A stretch of DNA of 64,000 bases from an uncultured Candidatus Saccharibacteria bacterium. GTDB taxonomy: Bacteria > Patescibacteriota > Saccharimonadia > CAILAD01 > JADZBC01. Location of the stretch: positions 335,431 to 399,430 of the forward strand of contig CAZRJR010000001.1 in the NCBI GenBank assembly GCA_964600985.1, written 5' to 3'. The notes beneath the pieces were generated by a model. It searched no databases and was not told the origin of the DNA. It saw only the letters and a program-made list of their open reading frames with translations. Below are positions 1-7,549 of the stretch, piece by piece. Each line of letters starts with the position of its first letter. The stretch's first letter is position 1. Made by a program: the position numbers and the translations under genes.

Positions 1-34
1 GCGGTCGAATTGCCGGCGGACACCGAACGCGAAC

Positions 35-63
35 ATTGTAGCATAAGCTTTGTTATTTGTCAA
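35..63 (-). promoter_or_regulatory. Near-consensus sigma70-type promoter firing leftward out of the window (rc: TTGACA-17nt-TACAAT with TGcTACAAT extended -10)
   Basis: Plus strand 35-40 attgta and 58-63 tgtcaa give -10 and -35 with a 17-nt spacer on the minus strand. The spacer holds the AGCTTATGC motif seen in other promoters here. Confidence 0.5.
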
Positions 64-79
64 TAGCTTACCGCATTGA

Positions 80-108
80 TTGACATGCCGCGCTCAAAGG
101 CGTATTAT
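80..108 (+). promoter_or_regulatory. sigma70-type promoter (TTGACA 80-85, 17-nt spacer, TATTAT 103-108), divergent from the previous one
   Basis: Read directly: ttgacatgccgcgctcaaaggcgtattat. Confidence 0.5.
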
Positions 109-186
109 TCCTCCAATTCTGATATATCCATCAACCGACAGCGTGCGTGAATAACAGGAGGAACCTTGGAAGACGTAGAACAGTGG

Positions 187-315
187 ATGAAGCGGCGACG
201 CGCCCGGCGCATGAGAACCGCCCTAACAGTCGTCGCAGTGGCGGTCGTGATGATGGGGCTGGCGCTCATGCTGGGTACTGCCGGCTTCACCCTCGATCCT
301 TTGTCGAGCCCATGA
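187..315 (+). CDS. Small 42-aa ORF (MKRRRARRMRTALTVVAVAVVMMGLALMLGTAGFTLDPLSSP): basic N-terminus plus one hydrophobic helix. Its TGA overlaps the ATG of the next gene (ATGA).
   Basis: ATG at 187, stop at 313-315 overlapping the ATG at 312. High GC. Not in the ORF track (under 60 aa); found by reading frame 2. Confidence 0.35.
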   Translation: MKRRRARRMRTALTVVAVAVVMMGLALMLGTAGFTLDPLSSP

Positions 316-599
316 ACCGCGAGGACGCTGCCGAGGACAGCAACAACGATCCCTACCCCATGGTGGCCGTGGCTATCATGTCTGTGGTGGTCATTCTCGG
401 CGTAGCCACCTGGCTGCGCGATCCAATCCAGCATCTCCCCTATTGGGCCCTCTTCGCGCTCAAGGGTGCTGGTTGTGTGGCCGTGTTGACGATCTTTCTG
501 GCGGTGATCACGGTGATCATCACCAGTGACACTCCGATCTATCCCGGCACTAGCAGCACAGAGCCCGACGACAGCGAGGACGACCCAGTCCTTCCGTAG
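312..599 (+). CDS. Small integral membrane protein (~95 aa, 3 predicted TM helices), high GC
   Basis: ORF track 147..599, but its N-terminal 55 aa are low-complexity R/G-rich and overlap the small ORF. The internal ATG at 312 (MNREDAAEDS...) precedes hydrophobic segments. Strong GC3 bias. Confidence 0.5.
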   Translation: MNREDAAEDSNNDPYPMVAVAIMSVVVILGVATWLRDPIQHLPYWALFALKGAGCVAVLTIFLAVITVIITSDTPIYPGTSSTEPDDSEDDPVLP

Positions 600-687
600 T
601 CAACCCAACTGCCCTCGCGGGCGCCCCACCACTAAGGGGCCTCTGCGGGGGCTCCTTACTTTTACCCGTAAATCTTTTACAAATAAC

Positions 688-713
688 AAACGCACCTCCC
701 GAGAGGTGCGTTT
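688..713. terminator. Perfect 11-bp hairpin (aaacgcacctc-ccga-gaggtgcgttt) between convergent genes; likely bidirectional terminator
   Basis: Inverted repeat read directly. Lies between the stop of the 312..599 gene (+) and the stop of the 744..1172 gene (-). Confidence 0.5.
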
Positions 714-743
714 GCATTCCTCAAGAGGTGCTCTTGGTGCTAC

Positions 744-1172
744 CTACGTGCCCAGCAAAGCCGCTGCCGAGGTCTTGGAGGCGCCGAACAGGTAGAACTC
801 GGTATCCCGCATCAACAGATCCAGTGCTTCGCCAAGAGTTGCTAGCAAGCTGGCGTCGCTCACAGCAGGGTTGGACAACGTGGCCACCACCGAACCACTC
901 AGTTCACCGCGGCTGAGCCCAAGGAGCGCTTGACGAAGCTCCTCTCGCTCCTCCAGACGGTAGCTCCGCACGATCTGCATGGCAGCCCGCTTGGGCAGAA
1001 GCCTCTCTGCCTGGGTGGCCATGTATGCCTCGACCAAAGGCACAAGTACCGCGGATGGATACTCCTTGTTTGTAGAGAAACGCGAAGGTGCGGTCAGTTC
1101 CCTCCTTTCCACCACATAGCGCTGGAGCTTCTCCCCCGCGCCTGGCTTGCCGGCACACTTGCCAGCCTTCAA
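744..1172 (-). CDS. Hypothetical protein, high GC; the start is uncertain (TTG in the track, in-frame ATG at 1026)
   Basis: The ORF has strong GC3 bias. The upstream SD AAAGGAACG is followed by ATG-TGA in another frame (see findings). No family recognised. Confidence 0.4.
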   Translation of the reverse strand: MKAGKCAGKPGAGEKLQRYVVERRELTAPSRFSTNKEYPSAVLVPLVEAYMATQAERLLPKRAAMQIVRSYRLEEREELRQALLGLSRGELSGSVVATLSNPAVSDASLLATLGEALDLLMRDTEFYLFGASKTSAAALLGT

Positions 1173-1273
1173 CCAGAGACCAAGCAGGTCCCAGCTGATA
1201 CTTGCGCAGATACTTCCGTAGTTGTTGTCACATCGTTCCTTTCAAAGCTATGGGTAGCGAAACAACTGGCGAT

Positions 1274-1302
1274 ATTATGCCTTAAGTTACTCTTTGATTC
1301 AA
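1274..1302 (-). promoter_or_regulatory. Divergent promoter for the 744..1172 gene (rc: TTGAAT-17-CATAAT)
   Basis: Read directly on the reverse complement. Confidence 0.4.
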
Positions 1303-1313
1303 GCATAAGACTA

Positions 1314-1342
1314 TTGACAAATAGTAAAGCTTATGCTATTAT
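1314..1342 (+). promoter_or_regulatory. Consensus promoter TTGACA-17-TATTAT with extended -10 (TGcTATTAT); near-identical to the module at 35-63
   Basis: ttgacaaatagtaaagcttatgctattatg. 24 of 30 positions match the rc of 34-63. Confidence 0.6.
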
Positions 1343-1375
1343 GTCTCTCGGAACCTCGACAAGAAAGAAGACAAC

Positions 1376-1936
1376 ATGATCAGCGGAGTTTTGGCAATTG
1401 GCACTGTCGGCATCACGTTCTTCCTGATGGCGATTGCTCAGCCCATTCTGGGGAAGGTTCAGGGGTTCAAGCCTCCGAAGCATCTCGTCAGGTTGCCCAA
1501 CGAGATGCTTTTCCGAGTCCTCGCCGCACTCAGCATGGCGGTGATGCCGTTCCTCCAGCCCAACCAGGTTCCTACGCCCATCTTCGCGATCGGCGCCGGC
1601 ATCATGCTGGGGAGCTTGGCGCTGATGTTCTGGGCCCAGTTTACCCTCGGGAAGAACTGGATCCCAGGCGCCGGCATCCACCACAACCACAAGCTGGTTA
1701 CGAATGGACCTTACTCGAAGGTCCGGCACCCGCTCTACACGGCAATTGGGATCTTCTGGGTCGGCGCAGTCGTCGCAACCCTGAACATCGCAGTGCTGGT
1801 CGCAGGTGTGTTCATGTGGCTCTCGCTGGCCATCCGGGCTCCGTTCGAGGAGTCCCTGATGCGCCAGAAGTTCAAGAAGCGCTGGGAGAAGTACGAGGCT
1901 TCTACGGCCATGTTCTTCCCCCGCTTCCACGACTGA
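1376..1936 (+). CDS. Isoprenylcysteine carboxyl methyltransferase (ICMT)/phospholipid methyltransferase-family membrane methyltransferase
   Basis: Multi-TM protein with the C-terminal motif VTNGPYSKVRHPLY (the G-x-Y...RHP-x-Y signature of ICMT/PEMT-family enzymes). High GC. Confidence 0.8.
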   Translation: MISGVLAIGTVGITFFLMAIAQPILGKVQGFKPPKHLVRLPNEMLFRVLAALSMAVMPFLQPNQVPTPIFAIGAGIMLGSLALMFWAQFTLGKNWIPGAGIHHNHKLVTNGPYSKVRHPLYTAIGIFWVGAVVATLNIAVLVAGVFMWLSLAIRAPFEESLMRQKFKKRWEKYEASTAMFFPRFHD

Positions 1937-1946
1937 GGCAACCCAC

Positions 1947-2010
1947 AACCCCGCGGCACCGGGACTCTCCGACCCAAGAGAGCTCCGCGTGCCAGCGGGG
2001 TTTCTCTATT
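1947..2010 (+). terminator. GC-rich compound hairpin (CCCCGC...GCGGGG) followed by a T-rich tract; terminator of the methyltransferase gene
   Basis: ccccgcggcac...gtgccagcgggg stem, then tttctctattt. Confidence 0.45.
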
Positions 2011-2064
2011 TGAGCAAATAGTAGTGCGACCACAAACCCAAGCCAATTGTGTATAATAGCCCTT

Positions 2065-3213
2065 ATGAAGCACAAGCAAAGCTCTAGGTCGGCAACTCAC
2101 AGCAATAGTAATACTGTGGCTGCAGCCACAGTGGCCCCAGCGCCGGTCGCGAACAAAAAAGGTCCGCTCGCTTGGATTAAGCGCAACTGGTGGATTATTC
2201 CGATAGCTGTTGTGAGCCTCTCCCTTCTCGTGGCTGGCGGATTAGTGACTAAATCCAAGCTATCACCACAAATCGTAACCTGCCCCAAATCTACCGAGGA
2301 TTTTAAGTGTTGGCAAAAGCACTTTCAACAGCTGATTGCTGCCAAATCGCCCGAAGCGGCGTTCAAGGAGGCCAAGGCCGTCTATGACACGAGCTCGATC
2401 GTAAAGAATAATTGCCACCAGATCTCGCACGTGATTGGCCGAGCCAGCGCGCTCAAGTACAAGACCATTGTAGAGGCCTTTAATCACGGTGATAACTTCT
2501 GTTGGTCTGGCTACTACCACGGCGTTATGGAGGCTACTGCCAAGCGCCTAGGAGGGGCCAAAGTAATTGCCACTGCCCCAACCATTTGCAATGAATCTAA
2601 GGGCAATAAGCCGTATAGCTTTTATCACTACAACTGCGTGCATGGCCTAGGTCACGGCATTATGGGGATCGAAGACAATGAACTCTTTGACTCCCTCACC
2701 GTCTGCGATCGATTCCTCGACAACTGGGAGCAATCCTCGTGTTACGGCGGGGTATTTATGGAGAACATCATGAGCGCCTCTAATCCAGATCACCGCACAA
2801 ATTACATCAAGCCCGACCAGCCACTCTACCCGTGCACGGCGGTGGACGAAAAGTACAAGCAGCAATGCTACCTTATGCAAACTTCACAGGCCCTGGTAAC
2901 TGAGAATCAAGATTTTGACAAGGTATTTGCGCTGTGCGACGGCGTAGAAAGCCCGCACAACCTTACCTGCTACCAAAGCCTAGGGCGCGACGCCAGCGGA
3001 CATACTATTAGTAGTGTGGAAGGCACCGCTGCGCTCTGCAATAAAGGCACAAGCCAAGTGGCGCGCTCCAACTGCTTTGTAGGCGCAGTCAAAGACTTTA
3101 TTGGCTATTTTCACAAGCTCGATCCTGGCTTGCAGCTCTGCAGCGCCATTACCGAAGCCGACACTAAGAATGAGTGCATCACTACTGCCAATATGTATAT
3201 TCAGTCGTTTTAG
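2065..3213 (+). CDS. Membrane-anchored, cysteine-rich (about 20 Cys) extracytoplasmic protein, function unknown
   Basis: Extended -10 tgtgtataat at 2048-2057 and ATG at 2065 (MKHKQSS). One N-terminal TM helix, then a Cys-rich domain. Confidence 0.6.
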   Translation: MKHKQSSRSATHSNSNTVAAATVAPAPVANKKGPLAWIKRNWWIIPIAVVSLSLLVAGGLVTKSKLSPQIVTCPKSTEDFKCWQKHFQQLIAAKSPEAAFKEAKAVYDTSSIVKNNCHQISHVIGRASALKYKTIVEAFNHGDNFCWSGYYHGVMEATAKRLGGAKVIATAPTICNESKGNKPYSFYHYNCVHGLGHGIMGIEDNELFDSLTVCDRFLDNWEQSSCYGGVFMENIMSASNPDHRTNYIKPDQPLYPCTAVDEKYKQQCYLMQTSQALVTENQDFDKVFALCDGVESPHNLTCYQSLGRDASGHTISSVEGTAALCNKGTSQVARSNCFVGAVKDFIGYFHKLDPGLQLCSAITEADTKNECITTANMYIQSF

Positions 3214-3216
3214 CTC

Positions 3217-3582
3217 ATGAAGAACTCTACCAAAATTATAATTGTAGTACTAAGCCTTATCGCCGCTGGCATGCTTATTGGCGGTGGGCTGTGGTTGGCT
3301 GGCAGTAGCTCTGGAAGCACCTATGTGCCCGAGCAGGACGGTGCAAAGAGTATAAGCACGAGCGAGCTCACTGCTGCCGATGGCAAATCCGGCCATGCTT
3401 GCTGGGTGGCGATCGATGGCGCAGTGTATGAAATTAGCCAGGGTATACTGTGGGTCGACGGTGTACATAAATCTTCCGACAATCTCGCCTACTGCGGAGC
3501 TGATTTGAGTAAGGTAATTGACCAAGCACCCCATGGTCGCAAAAAGCTCGAGCAGCTCAAGGTTATTGGCAAACTACAGTAA
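3217..3582 (+). CDS. Small membrane-anchored protein with a possible cytochrome-b5-like (heme/steroid-binding-like) C-terminal domain
   Basis: N-terminal TM helix. The pattern EL...GHACWVAIDGAVYEIS...W.DG.H resembles b5-like domains but lacks HPGG, so this is a weak call. It starts 4 nt after the previous gene. Confidence 0.45.
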   Translation: MKNSTKIIIVVLSLIAAGMLIGGGLWLAGSSSGSTYVPEQDGAKSISTSELTAADGKSGHACWVAIDGAVYEISQGILWVDGVHKSSDNLAYCGADLSKVIDQAPHGRKKLEQLKVIGKLQ

Positions 3583-3692
3583 TAGCCGTCATTCTTCCTA
3601 CAAATGCAACGCAAAAGGCCCTCGGTAATTAGTACCAAGGGCCCATGGGCCGGTAGGTCCTGTTTCAGCCTACCGCACCCGCCTCTTTGTTA

Positions 3693-4049
3693 CTACAGGT
3701 ATTGGCCCGGATCGGGCTGCACCTGCTGCTTCACCGTCTCGAGCAGTCCACTGACCACTTCGTCCATGAAGCCGGCGCTGCTGACCCCCGTGGGCGTGAA
3801 GATCCGACGGATCTCATCGGCCAGCTCGGTGAAGCCACCAACGTTGTGGTACGTGGCATCAGTCCAGGCGAGATCCGCCAGGGCCACACCCTTGTCGCCA
3901 ACGTAGATGGACTGACCGTAGTTCTCGCTACGGAACACCTCCTTGGGCAGAGCCAGCGGCTTGGTCTCATCCAGCACGTAGATGATGATGGCCGGCACCT
4001 GATCCCCCACCTTGGGGTACCTGAACTCAATCTGGAACACTGGTTCCAT
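3693..4049 (-). CDS. Hypothetical 118-aa protein, high GC, has its own promoter and terminator
   Basis: SD AAAGGAGCG, then 5 nt, then ATG. Promoter at 4093-4121, terminator hairpin ggccct...agggcc plus T-run at about 3600-3635. Overlapping plus-strand ORFs in the track are rejected. Confidence 0.6.
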   Translation of the reverse strand: MEPVFQIEFRYPKVGDQVPAIIIYVLDETKPLALPKEVFRSENYGQSIYVGDKGVALADLAWTDATYHNVGGFTELADEIRRIFTPTGVSSAGFMDEVVSGLLETVKQQVQPDPGQYL

Positions 4050-4092
4050 TACACGCTCCTTTCAAAGCGTTTGAACTACAAAGAGTTACAAC

Positions 4093-4121
4093 ATAATACC
4101 ACTGCAAGCTTATGCTGTCAA
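4093..4121 (-). promoter_or_regulatory. Consensus promoter (rc TTGACA-17-TATTAT) with a GCATAAGCTT spacer motif
   Basis: Plus strand 4116-4121 tgtcaa and 4093-4098 ataata. Confidence 0.55.
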
Positions 4122-4124
4122 TAC

Positions 4125-4547
4125 TTATGCTACATCAGTAATCGGGATTGGGAAGCTACGGACAAAGGTCAATAACTGCTTTGGGTTCTTATGTAGGTCC
4201 ACTTCTATCCAGTTTCCTAACATACCATATTTAATCAGTTCCGCACGCTCGTCCGGGAACAAATCATCGTCAAACCATAGGAATGGCTTGCTTAGGTCTA
4301 TCGCTTCGGTCTTTGCCGTGTGCCAATTGGTTGGCTGGGCATGCTTGGCCAGCAGCTCAATCGTCGCGGGGTTCATGTTGGTTTGCGCAAGTCGTCGAAT
4401 GGCCGGGGCACTGTCTCCCCTACACCAAGTAGTCAGCCAATACACCTCCCCACGCTCCAGGCACTTAGCCACAAACTCATCCACGTGTGGCGCAACAAAC
4501 TTGTCATTAGCTAGTAACACCCCATCGATGTCGAGATAGACGTTCAC
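4125..4547 (-). CDS. HAD-superfamily hydrolase-like protein
   Basis: N-terminal motif YLDIDGVL (HAD motif I DxDGxL). GTG start 8 nt after the hsdR stop. Confidence 0.55.
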   Translation of the reverse strand: MNVYLDIDGVLLANDKFVAPHVDEFVAKCLERGEVYWLTTWCRGDSAPAIRRLAQTNMNPATIELLAKHAQPTNWHTAKTEAIDLSKPFLWFDDDLFPDERAELIKYGMLGNWIEVDLHKNPKQLLTFVRSFPIPITDVA

Positions 4548-4555
4548 TTTAAATA

Positions 4556-7549
4556 TTATGATGGTGTATTCTTATTTGTATTCGTGTACATTTCTTCAAA
4601 AATTCTTTCAGCGATTGTATCTTTCAGGGTGCTGTCCTCATCCAGCTTCTTATAGAATTCGGCTCGCTCCTTAAACATTTTCATAAGTTCATCTTGCATT
4701 ACAGAATTGAAGTGCTCGCGTGCTGCGCCCTTCGGGTTGTTGGCGATTGCTTTCTTGATATCATCTCGGTCGCGTATTCGTGAAATCAATAACATACCGT
4801 CTTCTTCCATGCCTTCTGGCAAGCCAAACTGTTCATTGATACTTTTTACAATCAAAGACAGGCGTTCCATTTCGTCTAGCGGCTTGCCGCTACGTGAATT
4901 GCTAGACATCGGGTCAAGCTCCGATTCCTCGTCTACCAAGCCAATAGCGGCCTTCTTGCCCTTAGAAATGGCGATAGAACTCAAATCTATGTAATCAAGC
5001 ATTTCGGTTGGCAGCGGATCCTTTTCTTTTGGCAGTTTCTTAGCCAAGTTGCGGATGTATTCGTAGAACTGCTCAAGTCCGGCATCGCCAAAATCAAACA
5101 GCTGCGCTATGAAGGCGTACTTGCGCGCAAAATCTACAGCCTTGTCACGGAATGCGGCCTTGTCATCGTCATCCAGGTCGTTCCAGCGTTGCACGGCTTC
5201 ATCCAGCAGGCCGGCGACAACCGCTTGGTTGTTTTGGTCGCCAGAAATCAGCAGCTGGTAATGTTGGCGGACTTGTTCCTCGCCAAATACGCTGGCGCTC
5301 AAAATGTCGCGCTTCAAATCGTACAAGATGTTCGGGTCGGTCGATTCGGACAAGATTGTGCTGGTGTAGTAAGGCTGGAAGTCTTTTTGGATGCTTTCGG
5401 CGTCATTCACAAAATCAAGCACAAATACGTTATCTTTGGCCTTGCCCATTGTGCGGTTTAGGCGACTGAGCGTCTGTACGGTTGCTACGCCGCCCAGTTT
5501 TTTATCGACATACATCACGGCCAGTTTTGGTTGATCAAAGCCAGTCTGGTATTTGTTAGCCACGATCAAGAATTTGTAGTCATCGCTATCGAACTTTTCG
5601 ACCGTTTCGGTTTCACTGAAGCCATTGAGGCCAGCTTCGGTATATTCTAGGCCGCCACGACTTGCATCGACAACCGTGCCAGAGAAGGCTACGATTGCTT
5701 TTTCCGGGTAGCCTTGCTTGGCCAAATAGTCGCGCACTGCTAGATAATAGCGCACGGCGTGTAGGCGAGATTTGGTTACTATCATGGCCTTTGCTTTGCC
5801 GTCTATCAGGCGCTCAATTTGAGAGCGGAAGTGCTCAACCATTAGCTCGGCCTTCTTTTCGATACCATGTTCGTGAAGGTCGGCGTAACCTATAGCCAGG
5901 CGGTAGGCCTTCTTCTTTTCAAACTCAGGGTCAAGCTCGGCCGCTTTTTGGGCGAGTTCAAAATACATTTTGTGCGTAGTGTAGTTTTTGAGAACGTCTA
6001 GGATGAAGCCTTCTTCAACAGCTTGCTTCATGCTGTACAGGCTGAATGGCGAGAAGCGGCCGTCAGCGCCTTTTACGCCAAACAATTCAAGCGTCTTTTC
6101 TTTTGGTGTAGCCGTAAAGGCAAAGAAGCTAACGTGCGGTAGCCGACCGCGTGCGGCCTGCGCGTCTAGCGCAAACTGTTCTTCAGCGTCCGGTGTGGTG
6201 TTGGCTTCGTCTTCCGCTTCAGCGTCTTCCAGTTTGCTCAGGGTTTGTTTCAATGCTTTAGTGCTTTCGCCGCTTTGGCTACTGTGCGCTTCATCGACAA
6301 TAACTGCGAAGGTTTTGCCGGACAGCTTTTCGATATCTTCAACAATAATCGGGAACTTCTGGAGTGTCGATACGATGATTTTGGTTTTGTCTTCCAGTGC
6401 TTCGCGTAGTTCAGCTGAGCTGGTTACGCCGCGCACCACATCGTGCTGCTGTTCAAACTGGCTTACTGTGTCGCGTAGCTGGCGGTCAAGTACCCGGCGG
6501 TCTGTGATTATGATTATCTTGTCAAAGACTTTGCGGTCTTCGGCGTTGTGTAGGTCGCTTAGGTTGTGTGCCGTCCAAGCGATAGAGTTCGACTTGCCGG
6601 AGCCGGCGCTGTGCTGGATGAGATAGTTCTTGCCGGCACCATTTTCGCGCGCATCAGCAATAAGTTTTCGCACCACATCGCGCTGGTGATAGCGAGGGAA
6701 TAGGAGCATTTCTTTTTTGTCGATACGGCCGGTCTTCAGGTCTTTTTTCTTCTCAACTGTGACATGCATGAAGCGGGCGATGATTTCGGCCAGACTATCT
6801 TTGGTGAACACGTCTTCCCATAGATAGTAAGTTGCGAATTTGTTTTCAACGGCCGGGTTGCCAGCACCGTTATTGTCGCCGCGATTGAATGGCAGGAAGT
6901 AGGTTTTTATACCGTCAATCTTGGTAGTCATAAAGGCCAGGTTGTTATCTACGGCAAAGTGAACAAGCGCGCGTTTGAAAGCAAACAGCTTGTCGCTCGG
7001 CTGGCGGTCTGTTTTGTATTGGTGGATTGCGTGCTGCACATTTTGGCCGGTTAGTTGGTTCTTCAACTCAAAAGAAACCACCGGGATTCCGTTGAGTAGC
7101 AGTACCATATCTACCGAGCGTTCATCGCGTGGGCTAAAATACACCTGACGCATCACGCTAAATACGTTGGTTTGGTAAAGTTTCTCAGCATCCGGGTTGA
7201 AGCCACTATTTGGCCGGCGATAGAAGAGGTCGATATGGACACCACGATCAGTAACACCCGAACGCAGCACATCTAGAACACCGATTTGTGAAAGTTCTTG
7301 ATCAAGCCTTCTAGCAAAACTTTCCAGTGCCTGGTCACCATAGATTTCGTGTAGGCGCGCCCACTCATTTGGTTGAGTGGTTTGAATGAAGCGACCTAGC
7401 AGTTCCAAATCGAGCGCAAGTGCGCGGTCATAGTCTTTGTCCTCGACTGGCCGGCCGGCTTCATCTGCACCACGCAAAATATAGCCGTTATGCTCAATAA
7501 GCCAGTTTGTTATGTATTGCTCGAAGTTGGTTTCTTTTAAATCTATCAT
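4556..7549 (-). CDS. hsdR: Type I restriction enzyme R subunit (HsdR), 997 aa
   Basis: Helicase motif I QHSAGSGKS and DEAH-like VIVDEAHSSQ. Size and layout are typical of HsdR. The ATG overlaps the stop of the upstream gene (ATGA). Confidence 0.9.
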   Translation of the reverse strand: MIDLKETNFEQYITNWLIEHNGYILRGADEAGRPVEDKDYDRALALDLELLGRFIQTTQPNEWARLHEIYGDQALESFARRLDQELSQIGVLDVLRSGVTDRGVHIDLFYRRPNSGFNPDAEKLYQTNVFSVMRQVYFSPRDERSVDMVLLLNGIPVVSFELKNQLTGQNVQHAIHQYKTDRQPSDKLFAFKRALVHFAVDNNLAFMTTKIDGIKTYFLPFNRGDNNGAGNPAVENKFATYYLWEDVFTKDSLAEIIARFMHVTVEKKKDLKTGRIDKKEMLLFPRYHQRDVVRKLIADARENGAGKNYLIQHSAGSGKSNSIAWTAHNLSDLHNAEDRKVFDKIIIITDRRVLDRQLRDTVSQFEQQHDVVRGVTSSAELREALEDKTKIIVSTLQKFPIIVEDIEKLSGKTFAVIVDEAHSSQSGESTKALKQTLSKLEDAEAEDEANTTPDAEEQFALDAQAARGRLPHVSFFAFTATPKEKTLELFGVKGADGRFSPFSLYSMKQAVEEGFILDVLKNYTTHKMYFELAQKAAELDPEFEKKKAYRLAIGYADLHEHGIEKKAELMVEHFRSQIERLIDGKAKAMIVTKSRLHAVRYYLAVRDYLAKQGYPEKAIVAFSGTVVDASRGGLEYTEAGLNGFSETETVEKFDSDDYKFLIVANKYQTGFDQPKLAVMYVDKKLGGVATVQTLSRLNRTMGKAKDNVFVLDFVNDAESIQKDFQPYYTSTILSESTDPNILYDLKRDILSASVFGEEQVRQHYQLLISGDQNNQAVVAGLLDEAVQRWNDLDDDDKAAFRDKAVDFARKYAFIAQLFDFGDAGLEQFYEYIRNLAKKLPKEKDPLPTEMLDYIDLSSIAISKGKKAAIGLVDEESELDPMSSNSRSGKPLDEMERLSLIVKSINEQFGLPEGMEEDGMLLISRIRDRDDIKKAIANNPKGAAREHFNSVMQDELMKMFKERAEFYKKLDEDSTLKDTIAERIFEEMYTNTNKNTPS

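Noticed and set aside
904-1158. Alternative-frame ORF 904..1158 (-) and 930..1379 (+) within the first island
   Set aside because: They overlap the 744..1172 gene. The translations are low-complexity (Arg/Gly/Ala-rich) and typical of GC-rich out-of-frame reading.
1331-2100. ORFs 1333..2013+, 1331..1948-, 1459..1692-, 1735..2100- overlapping the methyltransferase gene
   Set aside because: Alternative-frame or antisense shadows of the high-GC 1376..1936 gene. No start signals. The protein-like motif is only in the 1376 frame.
3604-4175. Plus-strand ORFs 3604..3906 and 3687..4175 and minus 3731..4030
   Set aside because: They overlap the minus-strand 3693..4049 gene, which has a consensus promoter, SD and terminator. 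The plus-strand frames lack any signals and cross the terminator hairpins.
4707-6626. Antisense and alternative-frame ORFs inside hsdR (4707..4994+, 5152..5469+, 5189..5461+, 5662..5895+, 5988..6626+)
   Set aside because: They lie entirely within the 997-aa HsdR reading frame on the opposite strand, have low-complexity translations and no start signals.
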